DNA of 64,000 nucleotides from Octopus vulgaris (Eukaryota): NCBI GenBank assembly GCA_951406725.2, contig OX597826.1, positions 26,102,001 to 26,166,000 of the forward strand, read 5' to 3'. Shown piece by piece: positions 31,501 to 57,203 of this stretch (position 1 is its first letter; each line of letters starts with the position of its first letter). The notes under the pieces were generated by a model. It saw only the letters and a program-made list of their open reading frames with translations, ran no database searches and was not told where the DNA came from. The position numbers and the translations under genes were made by a program.

Positions 31501-34500
31501 TTAATCAGGTTGAGCAGTCTGCGCCTACTCTTAGCTTATTTCTTTTCTTTTTTACGTACACTGCCGGTGCTGTCCAGGCTGCATCATCAGTATTTTCAAT
31601 TATATTCAGGCTATCCAACCTTTCTAGTTCTTTATTGACCTGATCTACCGCCGTAAGCGGTTGGATTTTCTTTGATAGCAGTCCTTGCTTTTGTTGTTGT
31701 TCAACAGCCTTCCGAAATAACTTTTGGGAAAGTTTCTTTCACTTTGTGTTTCATTTCCTCGACCGCGTTCGATCGTTTGACTGCTCCGTTTACATTATTG
31801 CACAAAGCGTTTATGGGTGTATCCCATAAATTAAATTACTTCATACATTCGGTGCCAAATAAATTCATGGATTTTTTCAGCACATAAACATTCACTTCTT
31901 GGGTTCGACCTTTGAACATTATATTACAAACGCGTTCACCCTTGAAAAATAATTTTCTTCCCGCAATACCGTACGCTCTTTTCTTTGAATTACATAATTT
32001 TGGTTTACCAATTTGTTCTCATGATTTCTCGTTTTTGAGTGTGATATCACTTCCCGTGTCTAACTGTATTCTGACACTAGTGCGTCCAATTCTCACATTC
32101 ACGAATTTTCTGTTTGTTGTCGACACAACTTTTCTTGCTCTCAAACTATTTATTTTTTCTTGTTTGTTCCATTTTCCTATCATTCTCGTTTTGCAGTGCG
32201 ATTTTATATGTCCTGTGAATCAGCAGCGTAAACAATTTGCTTTTTTATACGGACAATCTTTTTTCAGATGCATCCCACCATATGCCATACACGGGTCTAC
32301 ATCCTGGCATTTTTTCTGTTTTTCCTTTATTTATCTTCCGACTTTTTTGCACTGGTCTTATGTAGATATTCTGTTTCCGTTGAATTTCTTCCGTGTCATA
32401 CCTTAATTTTAACACCCCGTCACACTCTTCCGACAGCTTCTGCAATATCAAATCCTGGTTCATTTCCAGTTTTGATAGAATTTTCGTTCGGATTTCTGCA
32501 TCCTTTCAATCTGTCAATACTTGTACAAAAATCGAACACTTGAAAAAATCTTGAGTAAGCATATCCAGCCTAAATCTTTCACATTCTTTGTTGACTCTAC
32601 CTGTGTAAGTAGTGAAGTCTCCATTTTCGCTGTTCTCTATTTTAAATATTTTCATCTAGTATTCACCAGTGAGCTCTTTTCACTAAACGTTTTGCGCAAA
32701 TGTCAAGTGTGTCGGTGAAATTTTTAACAGACGCATTTTTTTTGGCAATATGAAGTTACTATACTTCTCCTGCTCTGCTGTCCCTAGCTTTCTTAAAACT
32801 AGACACGTTTTCGTATCGTCCGTCCAATCCTGACATTCTTTTTCAATGATTTTTGAAATGTTAGAAAGTAAACCTCGAAGGTTACTCCTTCTTCGGGTGT
32901 CATATTTGAATTCGCTTACGGAATTTGCCACATGACCAAGTGAAGATGTATTCTCCGGATTAGTTGTCAACTTCATCAGTTGTAACATTTGTTGTTGCAA
33001 TACTTGTTGTTCTCGTTGTTCCTTGAGTTGTTGTTGCTGTTTTTACACTTTAACCATCCCAGCTAACAAGTCTTCCATATTTTGACGATTTCCCTATGTT
33101 TGCACAAGATGTTTTCCACGTGAATTAGTTTAAACTCTCCGTGTGAATGCCTTTTTTCACTCCGCGTGAATTTGTTTTTCTTCGTCACCGCTATTGTAAA
33201 GCGGTCTCTTTCCACTGCTGTATCTGTCTTTTGACGACTGTTGCCACACTGACAGATATTGTTATATTCCGAAGACGTCGATAGAATGGTTTTATCTAGC
33301 ACCGTACGACCCCTAGTCGTACAGTGATACTATCCTGAAAAGGATAGAGCGTTGTAACGTATCTCAGCATGATTACTATATCAGCACAGATCGACTATCA
33401 GCACATTGTACACGTACTCTCGACCTTCTGACCATCACGTATCGACCAGCTAATGGTTGGTTACTACCACTATTTACCGAGGGTGTGTACAATTTCATTA
33501 TACAACTATATATATATATAGTAGTAACAGTAAAGAGGAATTGCGATTATCTCCACGTGGTGAGTAGTAATGTATATAAGAAATTAAAAAAGGAAAATAC
33601 GCACATTTATATAGTTTTAATATGATTTTTAATATATCGACCGGTTTCTATTTATATATTCATGTATATATATATATGAATATGTATATGTATAAATATG
33701 CGTGCATGTTTATGTGCAAACACAAATATAGATACATTATACAAGCATACACCCTACACCACATGTGTATACACTTGTCTCTTTACTCGATAAAATGCCC
33801 TCACACATATATGAATGTATGAGTCTATCGCAATACGCATGCTTCCATCACATGATATATCACCATACTTGAATAGTTAATTCTCTTTTCTATATTAAAT
33901 TTACAGGTGCTAGTACTTATGAAAGAGTTCTTGTAGAGAAACTGATGGAACAGCTTCTGGTTGATCGAATGCTCGAGAATAATGACATCGAACCTCAGAA
34001 TGAAATACTGGTTAATGAAGTTGCTGAAAATCGTGAGTTGGAAGATCTTAAAGTTATGAAATGTTCTTGGAATCAGAATATAGGGGAATGCTGTTCTGGT
34101 CTGTTTAGCCTCCCTAAGTGTAAGTATTCTTCGTTTATTTTCCCCTTGTTGATTTATTGAAATACCTAAATTAAGTGTGAATTTGAACGATAATGTATAA
34201 CTGTTTGCTAACGTAAGTCTCCAGAGACAGAATGTCTAAAATCTCACAGCGTCGGACACAATGCCTCGTGATGTTTGTTTCCTCCTCTCTGGGTTCTGAG
34301 TTCAAAATTCCACCCAAGTTCAAATTTGCATTTAGTCATTTCATGGTCGATAAAGTATTACCAGTCCACCAGTCCACGCTGGTCTATTGATGGAACAGAA
34401 AATATATCATAACGGATACCTAATGTTATATGTTCCATTCCTCTGCGTTCTGAGTTCAACTCTGACTGTAGCCTAATTGTAGCCCACATAATGAATACAG

Positions 34501-34711
34501 GATTCAAACGTGAACTACTTCACGTTGCGAATAGTGCAATAATTGGGTGAGCAGTATGGCAAAAATGCGCAATTCGTCGTTTGTTCAGATTCAAAGTCAG
34601 GTAGTTCACGCGAACTCCTTTAGTCATTAAAAATATATCTACGTTTCTCTGTCTCTCTGTCTCTGTCTCTCTCTGTCTCTCACTGTATATATATATAAGG
34701 TATATATTTAT

Positions 34712-34778
<67 letters not shown>

Positions 34779-37672
34779 GATTTCGTGTACCAAAATTTCC
34801 ACGGTATCAAAATTTTCGGCTCGAGTCAAATACAACAAACTACTTCAAACCTTGCTAGCGTATCGGTGTGTGTAAAGTCAGGAGAAGTCAGGTTAGTACT
34901 GACATGCAATCATATAACATGTAATCATGAAGTGTAACCTAATAATGATATTCTTAAAGCATTTGATACGTACATTTGAGATCTACCTATTATATAATAG
35001 GTAATACATTACCTTACGTAAAATAGTTTCAAATATATTAAGTGAAGAGGTTATTGCGTAAGGTGAAGCATTTCCTATGATTTATTATACAAATGTGAAA
35101 CAACGTGCGTATAAATTGCTTTCAAAATATCTTTACTTGGTTTAGCTTCAATGGGTAAATGGTAAAGAGTAAAGATCCCCTTCCGTCATGAATAACCATG
35201 GGATTACACCTAGAAAGTTCTCCACCGGGCAAATTTGTGTATGGGAGACCAGTGAACGCCAATGCAAACTCGTCTTCCCTCTCCATCCACCTACGTTATG
35301 TCCCATTTGAGAAAACCATTTTCCTATTATATGGGAAAGTGGTTTTCTCAATGCCCGAACACTGAACGGGTGCATGCAGAACGGTTTCGTCGCGCTGCTG
35401 CACCTTGGACAAAACCGCCTGACAGTATATCTGTGCCTGTAGAGTTTATTTCGAACCGGTAGCCACTCACCCTCCGGTAGCAATACCAGGCCAAAGACAC
35501 CTGAAAATTATCCATAGAAGTCCCCGACTGGAAAGTACTCCAGAATAGACTTGCCAGTTCGTCTTCGTCGACGTCTATGGTCACCACGAGGACGTTGGCG
35601 CACGTCGCCGCTATTAATCCACGGTAACTAGCTAAAGAACATCCACCGATCCTTTTGCCCGATTTGCAGAGAACAGTGAGCGCCTGACGACATTCTAGGT
35701 GCCAGGTGCCCGGTCTCGGTCTATCCTTTACCCAGGAGTACATCCCGGTCAAGGACACGAGCTGCGGAAATGTGTGTCTACATTTCTGCAGCTACACACA
35801 TTCACCTTCTAGACATCGTTGCAGGTGGCGCAACCTGAGTGCGTTTCTGCGCATCATCAAGAGTCATAGTGTGCCTAATAAATAACTAAAAGGTACAAAT
35901 AACACTAAATGATGAAATTACTTGAATCTGGGCATTGTTACTATTAACCGTCATCCCAATTGTTGTGGGTGTATTTGGAGCAGTAACAACCATGTTTGGG
36001 AGGTTTGTTGGAGAATTTGGTATTGACATGAGGATAGAACATGCTCCTAAAACAACTGTTTGGGACAATGAGAATTTTGAGATTAGTACTTGAATGTTTA
36101 GTATCGTGAAAAGAGACACTGTGACAACAGGTTGTTGCCAGCTCTAACAAAATTACCCGAAGCAACTGAAATTAAGACCTCTGAGAAGTGAAATAGCATC
36201 GGTAATATTTATCTCAGATGTAATAAATAAATAAATAAATAAACAAATAAATTAATAAGTAAAGGGAATAATTATTTTCTTTTTTCAGTTTGTATTCGAA
36301 TGGGAATTTTCGACGACGAAATGCAATTCTCCTTAAGAGTAGGTAGTGCTGAGATTCTGAAGAAAACTTACCGTGAGTATGTTACCTGTATTTATAGCAT
36401 ACATACATACATACGTACATACATACATACATACATACATACATACACACTAAAATACATGCATGCATACATACATGTTAGTAAATGCATAACGAAGAAT
36501 CTAGATACATATATGTATACACACAAACACACACACACATATATATACGTACATACATATATATATGTATATATATATATATATATATATGTATACACAC
36601 ACAAACACACACACACACACATATACATACGTACGTACATACATACATATATGTATGGTTCGCGGAACACCTTCGTGACATCCACCTTGCGAACGACACA
36701 CCGGTCTCACGCCATTTCCGCTCCACCGGTCACTCCTTGCAACACCTGTCTGTGTTCGGTTTGTCCTTACACAGAGGCCATCCGGATTCCCGTTTGCGCC
36801 GTGAACAGGAATTAATCTTCTCTCTTCGCTCTTATACGCCATTTGGTATCAACTCTCCCCCCTCCTCATCTAACCCCCTCTCCCCCTCCTCACCTACTTT
36901 TCCCCCCCGACCCCTACTTCTCTTCAGTCCTTCATCCTTTCACCCCTACTCCCCTTCCCTTCTTCCCTCTTTCTCTCTCCCTCCTTCCCTCTTCCCCTTC
37001 CCTCTGCTTCCTCCCCCTCCCCCTTCTCCCTGTCTCTCCCTCTCCCCCTCCCCCTTCTCCCTGTCTCTCCCTCTCCCCCTCCCTCTTTCCTCTTTCCTCC
37101 TTCCCTCCTCCCCTCCCCCTTCCCTCCTCCCCTCCCCTCCTCTCCCCTCTTCCCCCCCTTCCCCCTCTTCTCCCCTCCCCCTCTTCTCCTCTCTCCACAC
37201 TACACCACACGACTTTACACATCACATCACATATGATGTGCCATACTAATACACGCACCAACTAATACATACTAATAATACTAATACATACTAATACATA
37301 CACCAACCCTATACATACACACGTCCAGACCTCTCATACGCACTAATACTCTCTCATGCACACACACACACCCTTATGTTGGAGTAGGTCATTCAACCCT
37401 ATTATCTCCCCTAATTTCGCTCTTGCGTCTCATGTTTGATCGTTGACTTCTGGCCGAAATCAGATCGCCATGTTGATTCGTTAGTTACTGCACGCATTTT
37501 TTTCTCTCCTTCTTTCTGTGTTTTTTTTCTCTGTGTATCTTTCTGTTGAAGAGCGTAGGCTCGAAACGTTAAAGACTTGTTTTATTTATATTTCCTGAGC
37601 GCCATACTAATACAATTGTTTGTTTGTTTTCCACCTGCCTTCGTCTTTTGTCTATGTTCATAAAGCTTCCCG

Positions 37673-37709
<37 letters not shown>

Positions 37710-38106
37710 TATTTGCAGCAGTTTCTCTGTTATTGCACTTTTTATATTTACAGGAGGAGCAATTACCAAAACTTTCAGTTTTGATGTTGGAATTGCTAAA
37801 ATCTCATTTACATTGGCAGTGGAGAATTTAAGCACCCAAAATTTTAAAGCGTGCTTCCGTATAAACTACAATGTTATATTTTTCCGTTTCTCAAATAATC
37901 TCGGCTGTATCAACAAACATTTTCTGCCCAATGAAATGAGCCCGCTCAAAAGTATAGAAGATTGGGATACAAATGATAAAATTTCTTTTGGTACACAAGA
38001 TTTTGAAGTTGACGAGCCTAACAGAGTTGAGTCCCCTGGCGAAGTAAACGGAAATGAAAATTCGCAAAATTGGCCGAGAGAATCCGAGAAGAGGAGAGTG
38101 AAATGA
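28564..38106 (+). CDS. Secreted precursor protein, paralogue 3, most divergent (exons 28564-28654, 33907-34119, 36289-36372, 37754-38106; 246 aa)
   Basis: GT-AG phase-1 junctions, 84-nt exon 3, 741 nt in one frame: MNMITVIFYVAVVVCLANGAAIQLEPKISR-GASTYERV...MKCSWNQNIGECCSGLFSLPK-FCIRMGIFDD...KKTY-RGAITKTF...NFKACFRINY...NNLGCINKH...NENSQNWPRESEKRRVK*. Exon 1 is absent from the ORF track and was read directly from the sequence. Confidence 0.87.
29040..30330 (+). mobile_element. Decayed Penelope-like element reverse transcriptase (Naiad-type) in intron 1 of paralogue 3
   Basis: VTMGTFDSAN...FGLYSDDVLVI (YxDD motif), downstream RPYRKPN-like and VVWFARLFSCNVKICVGRKFL segments; multiple frameshifts. 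Confidence 0.7.
30430..33507 (-). mobile_element. Decayed Ty3/Gypsy LTR retrotransposon (probable 5' LTR ~33196-33507, gag, protease, partial RT/RNase H)
   Basis: Gag-like ORF 32683-33000, protease QLDTGSDIT near 32045-32065, RNase H VTDASEYGIGVVL near 31330-31370 and GHADGLSR. The LTR end TACA is followed by a PBS-like sequence. Confidence 0.8.
35290..35875 (-). mobile_element. L1/Tx1-clade LINE fragment
   Basis: LPVRNKLYRH...RFCPRC zinc-knuckle region similar to ORF 11-355; frameshifted. Confidence 0.6.
36654..37675 (+). mobile_element. 3' part of a Penelope-like element (GIY-YIG C-terminus, pyrimidine tract, terminal repeat)
   Basis: FAEHLRDI...PVSRHFRSTGHS...RLRREQELIFSLRSYTPFGIN is typical of the PLE endonuclease C-terminus. 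Confidence 0.75.
37538..37575 (+). ncRNA. Minimal hammerhead-like motif with variant core (CUGUUGA) at the PLE 3' end
   Basis: tcttt-CTGTTGA-a-GAGC(gtag)GCTC-GAAA-CG-TT-aaaga. Confidence 0.55.
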
Positions 38107-38285
38107 AAGACTGTAGTTACGTTCGTTCGTATACGGTTTGAAATAAAAATATGAAAAGCTTAATATGAAATAATAATAAAATCATCATCTAGATATCGAA
38201 CAGTAAATACTGCTAAAACATATAAAAAAAAACATATAAATTTAGCTAATGATATCTGTGACTTTTTGGAAACTAATTTGTCTGC

Positions 38286-38291
38286 AATAAA
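38286..38291 (+). terminator. Putative polyadenylation signal of paralogue 3
   Basis: Conserved AATAAATATTT motif with a downstream GT/T-rich tract. Confidence 0.5.
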
Positions 38292-38354
38292 TATTTCATT
38301 AATTTATTTTCTCTCGTGTTGTTCTCCGGCTTAATTTTCATTTCATTCTATAAT

Positions 38355-38720
38355 ATAGTAGCAGTATCGCCCGGCGTTGCTCGGGTTTGTAAGGGAAATA
38401 ACTATAAAGCATTTTTAGAGAGTTATAGCCAAAAATTAGCAAAAAATGCTTTAAAAATGGAAAAAAAATTATGGTAAATATTTTAAAAAATCGTTGACTC
38501 ATCGTAGACATTTTTAGAGAGTTACTTCCCTTATATTTAAAAAATATGCATTAAAATGGAAAAAAATTATGGTAAATTATTTTTAAAATCGTAGACTCAT
38601 CGTAGACGCGCGCTAAAACCCAGAAGGACTCGATATGAATCACGACTATAAGATACCCGGTTTTGGTTAAACTGCACCGCAAAATGTGGGAGTAGTTAGG
38701 AATCTAAATCGGAGTAAGTA
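38355..38720 (-). mobile_element. Non-autonomous Helitron-like fragment immediately after the paralogue-3 polyA site
   Basis: tagcagtatcgcccggcgttgctcgggtttgtaagggaaataactataaagc (terminal hairpin), shared with 61086-61468. Confidence 0.6.
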
Positions 38721-40503
38721 TTGTTTAAGGCGTTGTTCCAGCATGGCCACAGTCCAGTAATGAAAGCTTTAGCGACTTGCAATTACTATATATATTTTAA
38801 GAGAGACACAATCGCTGACCTCGTATACAGAAAAATTTGCAAGTGGATAAAGCTTTCGTCACTGGCTGGTGATTGTCTCACGCGGATGACGAGTTACTGC
38901 TGAGAAATCTGGGTTTGTTAGTATCACATAAGGCTAGAGATGAGAGCGAGGATTTCCCTTGCAAATGCTATAAGAACACAGACTGTGTGTCGATGGCCAG
39001 CCAGCTGGAAAAGATGTTTTCTGGGGCTAGAACAACAGTAACATCGTACACTGTCTTTGTCAGTCACAATGCTTATGTCTAATGTGACGTTGAAGTCCCG
39101 CCAACGATTTGCAAAGAAGGCCACACATGTTGCAAGTCTGAGGATTACAGGTCAGTGCAGGTTGTATGTTTGTGGTCGCTTTCTCCTTTGTAGAGGAATT
39201 GAAAGATTTGGGAAAGAAAGGAAGAAAATCAAGGGTCAAGGAGAAAGGTACAAAAGAGATAAATTAGAAGGAAATTAAAGAAAGGGAGGGCCAAGAAATG
39301 TGAGAAGGGGACCGAAGAAAAGAAAACAGGCAAGAAGTAAGAAAGTGCGAGGGAGACTAAAAGACAGTAAAAGAATCGTACAAAATTTAGATTCATACTT
39401 ATAAGCAGACACATATAGCGGCGTACGTACACTTTGCTCACCTTTTAAGTATGCATGTATGTATGTATGTATGTATGTATGTATGTATGTATGTATGTAT
39501 GTATGTATGTATGTATGTATGTATGTATGTATGTATGTATGTATGTATGTATGTATGTATGCATGTATGTATGTATGTATGCATGTATGTATGTACGTAC
39601 GTACGTATGTATGTATGTATGTATGTATGTATGTATGTATGTATGTATGTATGCATGTATGTATGCATGTATGCGTGCATGTATGCATGTATGTATGTAT
39701 GTATGTATGTATGTATGCATGTATGTATGTATGTATGTATGTGTGTATGCATGCATGCATGTATGTATGTATGCGTGTATGTGTGTATTTGTGTATGTAT
39801 GTATGTATCTACCCATCAGAATATATATACTTATTACTTATTATATATTGATTAATCATTTTAATACTATTTGTGATCTAGTTATGTTTTATAAAAATAT
39901 ATTTTATTTTTTCTTTATGATTTGGTTTATGTCTGTCATTGTTTGAATTGCATAATAGTAGTTTTTTCTCTAATTTATATATTATATATTTATATTTGGA
40001 AATTGATTTAATACTGAATTGAATTTTTCCCTGTAAGTTTTGAGTCAACAAACAAAGTTTGATTTAGAAGCGTTGAGATTTATTGAAAGATACAGATGAG
40101 GAAACAATTTTATTCTCAAACGCCGTAAAATCTGGCCGCCGACGGATTTTCCTGCAAAATATGGATAGTTTATCCTGTTCATCGAATGGAACATCGTCAA
40201 CAGGGCGCCATCCTATTCTCCGGCGCCCATAATTGCCAGTTCTGCTTCCGACAAAGTCTGCACATCTATCAACAGGCAAAACGAATTGTTCTGTTGCTGT
40301 CATGAGAGGTGAGCCTTCCTGGTGTTCTTCAAACAACTGGCTGCCGATAACCTGGATGTACGTCCTTCACTCCAGTTGCGACACTGACGCCTTTCTTGAC
40401 AAGCCTGCTATGTTACTGCGACGTAAACACTCCAGCAGGGGTTATCAAACGATGGTGTGTGTATGTGGGTGGGTAACACAAATACATATATATCCACACG
40501 TAC

Positions 40504-40539
<36 letters not shown>

Positions 40540-40560
40540 CTGTGTGTGTGTGTGCGTGTG

Positions 40561-40591
<31 letters not shown>

Positions 40592-40602
40592 GTCTATGTA
40601 TG

Positions 40603-40659
<57 letters not shown>

Positions 40660-40728
40660 ATATTATCTATGTGCATACATACGCGTGAATATACACACAC
40701 ACGCGCACTCACGTACACGCACACACGT

Positions 40729-40768
<40 letters not shown>

Positions 40769-41480
40769 AAGCTCATACACTCACCAGCGTTACTGATGCA
40801 ATGTCCAGTCACACTGATACTGCCAGCTTCCTGTCTAACCACGCGGTCAAATAAATTCTCCTTTCAATATTCATTACAATATCATCTGACCTGCCTTCAC
40901 CAATAGTGGCTCATATACCCGTTGCCATCTTGGACTTCCTGTATCCATTTTACATTCCCAAAGCCAGAAAGTGTCGAACTTCTGTAAGGGGACTGCGAAA
41001 CCAGAGGTAGCAGGGAACCTTCATCCAAAAGCAACATCGGTGGACGTGTTTTTGGGTTATTGCTCTTTATCAGCACAGAATAGTTGCTTGACTAGACGGC
41101 GCTGCTGAATTCCCGTTAGAAAATACATAATTTTCAAACTGACACACATCACTGATCTAATAAATAGAAACATCATTATTTCTAAATCTCTCAAAGAGAG
41201 ATATTCGGTATCAGTACTTTCAAGTAAAGAGTATTTACTTTGCCAGAAAGCGGTCCAGAGGTGTTGCTTTGTGCTGGATGGTGGTGTTGAGCTCCCCTGT
41301 CCGAAAATGTAGGCCACAAATATTGTGTTGTATAACCAGCTGGAAACGACGTTACTTGGGGCTAAAAATCAGTAATATTTGTTCCATCTTGGACTGCTAT
41401 TTTATGTTGGCAAATAGTCTTTACTTTAAAGTACCGTTAGTGAATATCTCACTTTGAGAGATTTAGAAACAAAAATAATT

Positions 41481-41576
<96 letters not shown>

Positions 41577-41593
41577 ATTTATATATATACACG

Positions 41594-42205
41594 TACAGGG
41601 TGCGGTGAATGAATTTTCGTATAAATACGCAAAAATGGAAATAACACTGACATCTAATTTTAATAGATATATTTATCAAAATTACATTAAGATGACTTGA
41701 AATACTAAAGAGTAAATTTATTCAATAAAATCACCATTGGCTCCAACCACAGCCTCCAGACAACTTCGGAATCTCCTGTACCTCTTTTGGACGGTTTCCT
41801 TATTTAAGTTGGTGAATGCTGCCATAATCCTTGCCTTCAGTTCATCTTTGGTTACAGGGAGTTTTTTTGGTCTCTTGCTCAACTGCGCCCCACACAGAAT
41901 AATCAAGAGGGTTGCAGTTTGGGGAGTTAGGTGGCAAGATGTTAGGTGTGATGTGGTCGCAGAAAGTGACTGACAGCCATGACTGGGTCCTCCTGTTTGT
42001 GTGGCATGGTACACAGCCCTGTTGCCAGACAGAAGGTCTTCCAGCAGCCACTCTCTTGACACAGGACAGCACTATCTCCTCCATTTACTTGATGTAGGCC
42101 TCCGTGTTGAGGGTGAGGCCATGTGGGAAGATGAATGGGCGCATAACATCGCCACCACTAGTGATCACTCCAAATACCATGATGTTGACTGAATGTTTGA
42201 TTTTC
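41594..42205 (-). mobile_element. Tc1/mariner transposon remnant
   Basis: TA-cagggtg terminus and frameshifted transposase motifs WQQGCVPCH, PPNSPNCNPLDYSVWG and RFRSCLEAVVGANGDFIE. Confidence 0.8.
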
Positions 42206-44252
42206 TGTATATATATTATCAACAGCATTCTTTCACGAATTCACCATCGCTATGTGGTTTGAGTTTTTTGCAATATTTTAGCATATCGCATAACTAGCTC
42301 GAATAATTGATTCACTTTCATGAATTGGCTTTTGAAAACATGTTTGCTTTTTGGTCAGATTTTCTTTGAAGGTGGCTATCTTGTTTAAAGATTTAGATTC
42401 TTTTAAATTTTCACAGGTCTTATGCTTACTCATAAAATGCCTCTCAATATTACATTTTTTATGAATGTCTACTTGTTCGTTGCAAATAAGACAAATGCGC
42501 TTGTTATCTATTTCAATAAAAAGTAATACTCAGTCCATTTTTCATCAAACAAAGCACGTTCACCAGCACTTCTTTTTTTTAGGATTATAACCGCTTGCCA
42601 TATTTGATAAGAATATTGAAAAAAATGATTTAACAAAGTTAACAAAGTTATAAGCCGGATAAATTTATATTAACAATTTCGGAATTTTTGATATCGCTGC
42701 CTGGAGAAAACAAAAGCCAACTGGCTCGTTGTCGCAAAGCATGCGTTTAGGGTTGTAAATATAGTAAGAAATAAAAATTTACTAAAAATAAGATAATGTT
42801 TGGTTCTGCAAGGGTTTAACTTGATTTTTCTCTCTCCCTTCTGTTAACAAGCGAGTGGATAGGGAAGGGTGATAACTGGTAAGCCGATGGCAGATGGAAG
42901 TAACTCCTGTTGACTTTGACACCGACTGATGGCAAAAATTCGACGCCTCTTTCGAAAGAAGTTATTTTGCACTGCTTTTTCAGACAAAAAAAAAGTAATA
43001 TGTTTTTATAATCTTGTTCACCATGCACCAAATTAATAGTTTCTGTTTCGATGAAGTTTTACCAATTTGTTTTTCATTTTTAATAGATTTTTGAAAATAT
43101 TTTTTGCTTATCGATTGAGAGAAAGAGAGTGAGTGTCGATTTCGGAGATTTTCTTTCGTAAAGATGTGAGAAATGAAATAAGGAGGAAAATTTAAATACT
43201 AGCGGTCATTGGATATAAATAATTTTACACAGTATCTTCTACAATATTTCAGCTTTTATTTCAAATAAAAATTATTACGATACAGGTATCATAAGTTTAG
43301 TTTTCTCAGCGAAAGTGTAGTTGGGTTTCAAGAGGGTGGTACAAACCTAGCAATATGTGTTTTATAGGGAAAACAAAATTTCCATTTAAATGGCAATGAC
43401 CGGACGATTTCTGTTCCAGCTTGACCGTTTTCAGTCGCAGTCTCGACCTATATCGCAAATAGGCATAAAAATATTGTGTAAATTTTATAATTATAAAATT
43501 TACATTATTTTGTACATACGATTATATCAGCCTGCGGACGCAGTAAAATGGGCTCGAGGGCGTAATTTCACACGCAGACGGGGGTTTCCTCACCCCTACT
43601 TTAAGTAAAAGAAAATACAGGAATATCAGTTAATTATGATTTTATTCTACATATTCCCCTTATAAGTGGAAATTTTACCGGTGAGTGTGTTAAATTATAA
43701 GGCACAAAACGAAAATGACTTTCCCCAGAGACAACAGAATGAGAAAGATAATATATGGAAAAAGAACTGATAAGGCTACAAAGTCTCTGTCAATCTGGGG
43801 AAATGTGCAGTTACACATTACTGCTTTTCCTTCGTCTTACTTCGTTGAATCTAGTTTCAACCGTGTAACTAACTTACTGTCAAAATTTCTGTAACCGACT
43901 CGACATTTTAGAAAGAGATGTTATTCAATTATCATTGAGAACGTTGGAGCCGAATGTTGCTAGACTAGCTGAGTAACATTAACCACAAAGTTTGCATTAA
44001 GTAAAGTAGCACTAAATTACTATCTTCTTTTAATAAATACATTCCTATATATTTATGACTGATTTTACAAATGAATATTCATTTTCCACGGAATTTAGCA
44101 GTTACTTCTTCAGGAAATATGATAACTACACATTGGAAACCTATCCTAAACTTGAATATATTAAATAGTTTCTAAAGGTCGTTCTTGTCTTTGTTGCTTT
44201 CTTTTAATTGCCTTATCTGTGGAACAACTTATATCCTGGTGTTGGTCAATCT

Positions 44253-44260
44253 CATAAATG
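44253..44260 (+). promoter_or_regulatory. Putative variant TATA box (CATAAATG) of paralogue 4
   Basis: Aligns with the copy-1 TATA in the shared context aatct[t/c]ataaat[a/g]cagaaaattccg, 125 nt upstream of the ATG. Confidence 0.45.
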
Positions 44261-44377
44261 CAGAAAATTCCGTGCAGATGTTCCCTATCCGAATGCTTTC
44301 TGCTACAGTTTCTTTCACATTAGCGAAAGATGTCGAATTTTGAACAGAGAAAAGAAATTGAGACCACGATTATAAAA

Positions 44378-56947
<12,570 letters not shown>

Positions 56948-57197
56948 AAGCGAAAGGTTCTTGAATAACATGGGCAATAATACTTTCATTCATTTATAAT
57001 CAGTTAAAAACATAAATTAATATCACAAAGTTGATTAAATAGTGAAGTATACTGATAGCTAAAAAACCAATATGTAACAGGTTGGTAATATATTATATTG
57101 ATTAAACAGTAAAGTTCATTTATAGGTAGGAATAAAGAAACAATGGGTAACAAATCTATCATAAACACAAAAGAATATAAGAAAATATTTTCTGCTT

Positions 57198-57203
57198 AAT
57201 AAA
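57198..57203 (+). terminator. Putative polyadenylation signal of paralogue 4
   Basis: Conserved AATAAATATTT motif with a downstream GT/T-rich tract. Confidence 0.55.

Noticed and set aside
36485-37265. Pro/Ser-rich extensin-like ORFs
   Set aside because: This is the low-complexity pyrimidine tract in the 3' region of a Penelope element, fused to microsatellite and GIY-YIG remnants.
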